Below are positions 58,683 to 64,000 of a DNA stretch of 64,000 nucleotides, one piece after another. Position 1 is the first letter of the stretch, and each line of letters begins with the position of its first letter. This DNA is from a virus (lineage: Duplodnaviria > Caudoviricetes): IMG/VR virus record IMGVR_UViG_3300002514_008521, positions 1-64,000 of that record; one strand, 5' to 3'. The notes beneath the pieces were generated by a model, which was given only the letters and a program-made list of their open reading frames with translations, did no database searches and was not told the origin of the DNA. A program made the translations under genes and the position numbers.

Positions 58683-60224
58683 TTATTCGTCGATTGGCTC
58701 TAAAACCATCTTATATTTTTTACCGGTAAGATTATTAATGACCGTTAGATAGTCCGCTTCCTCAACAATTGTCCAGTGGCCACGTTCATTTCTCAAATGA
58801 AGGTCACCGGTGTATATATTTGCAAATCGATGGGTATCACTTCCTAAATTAGAAGTTATATCTAACCCTGGTAGTATTGAACCGCTAATAACAACATCTC
58901 CTCCAAACACTGATACACCGGTATTTTCTTTCCCACCGATGGTTCCGGAGACGTGAAAAAATGTATCCTGGCCCGGGTTTAACTGGCCGGTAGAGTCTGA
59001 AGTTTGAAATTGTATGTAGTTGTAATTACCATTAACATAAACAATTCCTGCAGAGTCTTTTGTGTTAACCGTAAAGTCTTGTGTGGATCCGTCTTCAGAT
59101 TCCGTCGGAGGTGCACCAACCTGCATGGCGCCACTTACAACCATATCACCACCAAACAGTGATGTACCTTTTGTTGTTGTGGATCTAGATCCAACTGTTC
59201 CAGAGACAAAGAAATTAACATCAAGTGAATTAGACTCATTATTAGATGCAGCCGCACCACCTGATAGTACTAGTACACGATCGGCACATGTGTCGACAAA
59301 CAATGCGTGAGTAAAATTATCAGACTGAACTCTAAAATCATTTTCTGCCCCACATTCTCCAGAAGAATTAACTACTAGTCCCTCTTGTATTTCTGCGCTT
59401 TGTGAAACTATAAGACTTCCAGATATCATTAATGAACCGGTAACTGTTTCATCAACTTCAATGACCATTTTCTCTGCATAAAATGTGCCACTTACTACTA
59501 AGTCGCCTGCAAATACCGAAATATTTCCATTACTGGTCCCTCTATTTCCTTTAGAGCCTGACACAAAGAAATGTGTATCCAGCCCAGGTGAAGAATTACC
59601 TACTACTAATGAACCTGTAACAGATAACCGAGGGGTTATACCTACGTTCCCGGAAAATTGTGATCCACTTATTGTTGCCGTAATACTATCATTAATTTCT
59701 AATGTTACATCTCCGGAATCACCACCTCCCAATAATCCATTCCCGGCAATCACGCTAGATATATCACCGGGAAGATTTGATACTAAAACTTTTTTTGTTG
59801 AATTATCTGTTGAGTCCTGTATCACCACATAGTCTGATGACTCTGCCTTGCTTCCCAAGGCTGTTAATTCCGATACATCTAAATCTAGTGTTACATCTCC
59901 TGATGTACCTCCACCCGAAAGTCCAGTACCAGCAGTTACAGATGTAATGTCACCTGTACTGGCTGATGTTAGTAATGGTGAGCCGTCAAAATGAAGTATA
60001 CCATTCTTGTTATATAACTTATCAGTTACATCACCCTCAAATTCTCTATTTGGAAAAACAATTCCTCGAGATGGATATTTTTCATCTTTGAGGCCGACCT
60101 GTAAGTCAGGACAACTTATTATTTTTTTTGCCTGATCATTTTGAGGGTTTCTGATTGTCAGAAATTGCTCTTTAAGTAATGCCGGCAAATTTTGTAGCTG
60201 GGGCTTATCTTTAGAGTTTGACAT
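58683..60224 (-). CDS. Tail fibre protein (513 aa)
   Basis: Two GDI[TS]SV.AG.GL.GGG.SGDVTL modules; 97-aa block shared with the 53188 cassette; same YTGDLHL C-terminal domain as 56306. Confidence 0.75.
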   Translation of the reverse strand: MSNSKDKPQLQNLPALLKEQFLTIRNPQNDQAKKIISCPDLQVGLKDEKYPSRGIVFPNREFEGDVTDKLYNKNGILHFDGSPLLTSASTGDITSVTAGTGLSGGGTSGDVTLDLDVSELTALGSKAESSDYVVIQDSTDNSTKKVLVSNLPGDISSVIAGNGLLGGGDSGDVTLEINDSITATISGSQFSGNVGITPRLSVTGSLVVGNSSPGLDTHFFVSGSKGNRGTSNGNISVFAGDLVVSGTFYAEKMVIEVDETVTGSLMISGSLIVSQSAEIQEGLVVNSSGECGAENDFRVQSDNFTHALFVDTCADRVLVLSGGAAASNNESNSLDVNFFVSGTVGSRSTTTKGTSLFGGDMVVSGAMQVGAPPTESEDGSTQDFTVNTKDSAGIVYVNGNYNYIQFQTSDSTGQLNPGQDTFFHVSGTIGGKENTGVSVFGGDVVISGSILPGLDITSNLGSDTHRFANIYTGDLHLRNERGHWTIVEEADYLTVINNLTGKKYKMVLEPIDE

Positions 60225-60313
60225 TTAATAAGAATCCTCAATTGACTGAGTACCGATATAATTACACGGCCATCTTAAAATAAGTAGTAGCTACGTTAGT
60301 TAAATAGAGGAAA

Positions 60314-61615
60314 CTATAAGATTTTGCTGGCCAGCGTAGCTATTTCCGATCTTTGACCCTTTGCTAAATTAACATGTCCAGAAATTTCTGATTCTTTAAA
60401 TTTTTCCAATACAATCGAAAGTCCATTCGATCGGGTGTCAATATAGGGAGTATCTACCTGGTCCGTGTCACCCAACAATATTATTTTTGAGCCTTTACCG
60501 GTGCGTGTTATTATTGTCTTTAACTCATGGATAGTTGTATTTTGAGCTTCATCAACAATTATATAAGAGTCGTTGAACGTCCTTCCACGAATGTAAGATA
60601 GGGGAGCAATTTCAATTTGTCCTTTGTCACGTAGACAATCAAAATATGTCATATCATTAAATGCATGCTTAACATTATCCATAATTGGTGCTATCCAGGG
60701 ATCCATTTTCTCGTCAATGTCCCCAGGTAGATAGCCTAGATCACGACCAACAGGCTGGATGGATCTAGTAATGATTATTCTTTTATATTGATCATTGAAT
60801 AATCCGGATAGGCCACACATAATTGTCAAAAATGTCTTTCCTGATCCTGCCAAACCTGTTATTGTAACTAATTGAATTTTTTCATCCGCCAATAAATGCA
60901 TTGCGAAACTTTGTTCTTTATTTTTTGCATCAATTCCGACAGATTCATTTAAAGATGTTGAAGGTATTCTTTTAACCTGTCCCTCTCTAAAAACTCCCAA
61001 TGCCGATTTATTATTAATTTCACTTAATGCGACAACAAATTCATTGGGATACAATTCACTGTCTTCGTCAACATCCATTGTCCCATTTTTATAAAATTTA
61101 TCAATATCATCGTCTGAAACATAAAGTGTTGTTTGTCCCGTGAACTGTTTATCACTAACAACATTAATATGGTCCTTGTAATAATCTTCAGCCTCTATTT
61201 CAAGCGCATCACATTTGACGCGCAGGTTTATGTCTTTTGTTATTACTTTTACTAGGGCTTCTTTATTTTCTTTTTTAAGTAAAAGTGCACATCCAATAAT
61301 TTTGTTATCACCACATGTCGCATCAAGATCATCGGGTATAAGTCCCAAACTGTTCCTAGCTTCTACTCTTATCACCTGATCATTATTTTCTAGCTTGATA
61401 CCTAAGTCTAGTCTTCCTTCGTTACGCAAACCATCCAAAAAACGATTGACATAACGCGCTGACTCCCCCAGCAGTCCGGGTTTTTCCTTAAATCTATCAA
61501 GTTCATCTAAAACGACCAAAGGTATTACAACATCATTACCATAAAATGAATGAATGGCTTGCATATCGTAAAGTAAGACGCTGGTATCAAGTACCAGGGT
61601 TTTTCTATTACTCAT
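60314..61615 (-). CDS. phoH: PIN-PhoH (PhoH2-type) protein
   Basis: PIN domain LVLDTSVLL...VVLDELD; Walker A GLAGSGKT; LGYLPG; YIRGRT; DEAQN; GDTDQVD. Confidence 0.92.
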   Translation of the reverse strand: MSNRKTLVLDTSVLLYDMQAIHSFYGNDVVIPLVVLDELDRFKEKPGLLGESARYVNRFLDGLRNEGRLDLGIKLENNDQVIRVEARNSLGLIPDDLDATCGDNKIIGCALLLKKENKEALVKVITKDINLRVKCDALEIEAEDYYKDHINVVSDKQFTGQTTLYVSDDDIDKFYKNGTMDVDEDSELYPNEFVVALSEINNKSALGVFREGQVKRIPSTSLNESVGIDAKNKEQSFAMHLLADEKIQLVTITGLAGSGKTFLTIMCGLSGLFNDQYKRIIITRSIQPVGRDLGYLPGDIDEKMDPWIAPIMDNVKHAFNDMTYFDCLRDKGQIEIAPLSYIRGRTFNDSYIIVDEAQNTTIHELKTIITRTGKGSKIILLGDTDQVDTPYIDTRSNGLSIVLEKFKESEISGHVNLAKGQRSEIATLASKIL

Positions 61616-61711
61616 TTATTTGACCTCTTGTGTTTCTATACATTCTGTGCTTAAATTGTATTCTTCTCTTTATAAATATCAGTATCATTGATTTAGGGAC
61701 AAAAGAAATAT

Positions 61712-61993
61712 ATGGAATCGTCAAAAGAAAAGAAACGACCAATAAAAAGAACTACTTGTTTTCACGAACATGATAAATTAAATGTTACATGCGAAAAGTC
61801 ATCATGTAAATATTGGGTTGATTCAAAAGACGATGCATGCCTTAATTGTGTGTTAATTTCCGCCTCTAGAGGAAAAAAGACACTTCAAGAAATAGGTGAT
61901 ATTTTTGGAATAACCCGCATGAGAATATGCCAGATAGAAAAGACGATCTTAAAAAAATTAGCAAAGAAACAAAATTTTATTGAGATATCTTAG
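61712..61993 (+). CDS. Stand-alone sigma70 region-4 HTH protein with Cys/His-rich N-terminus
   Basis: KTLQEIGDIFGITRMRICQIEKTILKKL is a canonical sigma region 4.2 HTH; N-terminal CxxxH...C...C...CxxC. Confidence 0.75.
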   Translation: MESSKEKKRPIKRTTCFHEHDKLNVTCEKSSCKYWVDSKDDACLNCVLISASRGKKTLQEIGDIFGITRMRICQIEKTILKKLAKKQNFIEIS

Positions 61994-62007
61994 TCACCTG
62001 AATGGTA

Positions 62008-63087
62008 TTACATACCACCAAATAATGTAACGCCGATTAGTCCTGGTACATTGTCATTTATATAAACACCTGAAAATAGTGTGTTTGTTCGCCCACCGAC
62101 ATAAGAAAATGCGGTCTCTAAGCGTTTACTAATCTCGGGATCACCTGCCATTACTGAGGTTACTAGTAATAGTAATACGCCAGTTTCCGGCTTATTTGTA
62201 GGTGCAGGACATGGTGAACCCCTTAAGCTGCCCTGGAAGATTGTAGAGCCTAGGTCAGGGTCACTCGGGTCCTTTACTATAGTACTTCCTAAGAATAGTC
62301 GTCCCGGCGTCCGGAGGCACCTCTCCAGGTCTTTCGTGTCAAATGTCTGTATCGGTGAACTTTGATCTGCTAATTTAAGCACCTGGTGGAATAGTTTTGC
62401 AAATGTAGAGTTTGCTGCTGGAAACATATTAAGCAGTCCAACCTTCCCTCTTAACAATTGCAATTGTTTTTCATTATCAATTACTAGGTAAGGTACGTCA
62501 TTAAGATCTTTTAGGAGTGATTGATAATTGGTATTGATTGTAGGATTTAAAAGTTCCTGTCCCGTTGGTTTACTAACCATATAGACAACCTTGCCTGATG
62601 CCTCTGTAGAACTAAGGTACCTTTCCAAAGCGCCATGTAATTCTTTACACGCGCTACCGGTACCCCCGCCACCACCGGCAAGAACAAAAAGCCAATCCAC
62701 TTGGCCCATCTTGGTTCGAACTGCGTCTTCAACTAATGCGCTATTATCACCAAGGATTTTCTTTCCAAGATCAACATCTTTTCCAACGCCGTCTGCGCCA
62801 GGAAGTAATACAAAGTGTGATGCATCGAGGCCGGTAGGTTGATCTTTTGGTGTGGTATTAACCACCAGTGTTTTATTAAACCCTAGATCTAGGAATGCCT
62901 TTGCTAGCTTTCCACCACCACCACCAACGCCAATAAAGCCGCACTTTATAGCACTAGCCGCCGTGTTCTCTGGAAGTAATCTTTCATCTGCTGCGGGTGC
63001 ATCATCATCATAATTACCCAAAAATCCAAAATCATCCATAGGTGGATTAATATAGCTATCGTCTTTTGTTTCGTCAGAGCCGCTCAT
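62008..63087 (-). CDS. Tubulin/FtsZ-family GTPase (359 aa), no C-terminal tail
   Basis: IGVGGGGG, VNT, GADGVGKD, AGGGGGTGSA signature, IDNE, T7-like TFDTKD; start set at ATG 63087 behind TAAGGAG. Confidence 0.88.
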   Translation of the reverse strand: MSGSDETKDDSYINPPMDDFGFLGNYDDDAPAADERLLPENTAASAIKCGFIGVGGGGGKLAKAFLDLGFNKTLVVNTTPKDQPTGLDASHFVLLPGADGVGKDVDLGKKILGDNSALVEDAVRTKMGQVDWLFVLAGGGGGTGSACKELHGALERYLSSTEASGKVVYMVSKPTGQELLNPTINTNYQSLLKDLNDVPYLVIDNEKQLQLLRGKVGLLNMFPAANSTFAKLFHQVLKLADQSSPIQTFDTKDLERCLRTPGRLFLGSTIVKDPSDPDLGSTIFQGSLRGSPCPAPTNKPETGVLLLLVTSVMAGDPEISKRLETAFSYVGGRTNTLFSGVYINDNVPGLIGVTLFGGM

Positions 63088-63224
63088 GTTGTTCTCCTTA
63101 TCACATGTTTTTTCCATGCCATCATAAATATTACGCTCAACAGCATATTGTTTGGTGTGGTCATGTTTTATCTTTATTGTCTTTAATGAAGAAGGCATAT
63201 GCTTTCTTATAATACCGGTACTCG

Positions 63225-63588
63225 TGGTGGAGGTGCCGGGAATCGAACCCGGGTCCAAAATAAATCTAAAAATTAGGTCATTCACAAGTTTGTCTGATTT
63301 ATTCCCAAACCAGCAAAGTATCTCGAAATCTCCTCGTCCTTATCGAGAATCAGGACCTCACCCACTTACGTAGGGAACCATTGGGGACCTTTTAAACTCC
63401 GTGAGGTCAACCACTTATCCGATCTTTACTAACAAGGTTATCGGAAACCCCGCAATTACGCAGCTAAGGCGTAATCGTACTCAACATTATCGTTGGCAAT
63501 TAAAGTTCGCAACACTGTCAATCCATGTGTCACAGTTGGATACTTGCACCCTCAAATGTCCTTACCTTGTCGAGACCAGTTCACCCCC
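63225..63588 (-). ncRNA. ssrA: tmRNA, 364 nt, tag peptide ANDNVEYDYALAA (63456-63497)
   Basis: 5' GGGGGTGA...TCGAC; 3' GGTTCGATTCC...CACCTCCACCA; acceptor stem GGGGGTG/CACCTCC with G3-U wobble; encoded CCA; ALAA-ending tag ORF. Confidence 0.95.
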
Positions 63589-63590
63589 AT

Positions 63591-63782
63591 TTATGGTTTT
63601 TTTGATTTCTCTTGTTCAATTGTTGCCTTTACCAGTTCACCGGCTTCCTTCTTAAGAAGTCTTAACCCTTTCCGGGCGCGCACGCCGGCGGATGCATTTC
63701 CAGATGCATTTTTATTAACATCTAGATCCAGGCTATCAACTAGTACTTTAATTTCATTCCATTTTTCTAAAATATTCGACAT
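63591..63782 (-). CDS. Histone H1-like protein (Hc1 family)
   Basis: DVNKNASGNASAGVRARKGLRLLKKEA matches the GNxAAGxRARK motif of short Hc1-family proteins. Confidence 0.75.
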   Translation of the reverse strand: MSNILEKWNEIKVLVDSLDLDVNKNASGNASAGVRARKGLRLLKKEAGELVKATIEQEKSKKP

Positions 63783-64000
63783 TATAATTCTCCCATGTCA
63801 GTAATTATACCATCTTCAGACTTTTCAGATAGTCTATCAATGTATGTTTTTATTTGTTCATTCATATTATCAATTATGGTCTGATCTTCTAATTCCATTA
63901 TCAAAAAATAACAAATTTTCATAATTTGTTGATCATTCACACCAAAACTCATAATCTCTAAAACTACTTCTCTTGCTCGTGTGGAGTCCCACGCGACCTG
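63782..64000 (-). CDS. Hypothetical protein, 3' part only (cut by the window edge)
   Basis: Hand translation ...WDSTRAREVVLEIMSFGVNDQQIMKICYFLIMELED...DMGEL*; its TAA overlaps the Hc1 ATG (TAATG). Confidence 0.65.
   Translation of the reverse strand, partial: QVAWDSTRAREVVLEIMSFGVNDQQIMKICYFLIMELEDQTIIDNMNEQIKTYIDRLSEKSEDGIITDMGEL

Noticed and set aside
63088-63285. N-terminal extension of the tubulin ORF to 63285 in the track
   Set aside because: It overlaps the tmRNA 3' end; a strong TAAGGAG SD precedes ATG 63087.
63225-63588. tmRNA as a host attB site, making the window a prophage or a bacterial eCIS locus
   Set aside because: No integrase, no duplicated ssrA 3' end, no housekeeping genes; phage-type genes lie on both sides. 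Cannot be fully excluded without flanking sequence.
778-63804. About 70 short ORFs in the track lying antisense to, or out of frame within, long genes (e.g. 4170-4484, 9034-9459, 27781-28230, 41547-41957, 63401-63655)
   Set aside because: Shadow ORFs fully overlapping well-supported genes or the tmRNA; no recognisable motifs or SD sites.
1-64000. Stop-codon reassignment, introns/inteins, or a diversity-generating retroelement
   Set aside because: Genes are full-length in code 11 with TAA, TAG and TGA all used as stops; no homing endonuclease, Hint motif or reverse transcriptase was seen.

Overview
This window reads as part of a large contractile-tailed (jumbo myovirus-like) phage genome in standard genetic code 11, with almost all genes on the minus strand. 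No cellular housekeeping genes, integrase or transporters are visible. It has four blocks. (1) 1-16.2 kb: a baseplate/virion module (LamG-bearing structural proteins, gp7/gpI-like, gp6/J-like, gp25-like, gp5-like spike) plus a gp55-like sigma factor. (2) 16.2-52.9 kb: a 41-gene glycan island with at least 7 clear glycosyltransferase genes, a pseudaminic-acid-type nonulosonate pathway, a candidate branched-chain deoxysugar module, split HldE heptose enzymes, four formyltransferases, a carbamoyltransferase and a B12 radical-SAM enzyme, but no recognisable flippase, polymerase or exporter. (3) 53.0-60.2 kb: an ori/centromere-like repeat, then four mosaic tail-fibre genes. One fibre gene has no start codon and is linked to its upstream neighbour by an exact 15-bp direct repeat whose recombination would give an in-frame alternative fibre tip. 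(4) 60.3-64 kb: PIN-PhoH, a stand-alone sigma-region-4 protein, a tubulin/FtsZ-family GTPase, a complete tmRNA and an Hc1 histone-H1-like gene. The leading candidate new systems are a phage-autonomous cytoplasmic (probably virion) glycosylation machinery and a direct-repeat fibre-tip switch. All family calls come from motif recognition by eye; no database searches were run.
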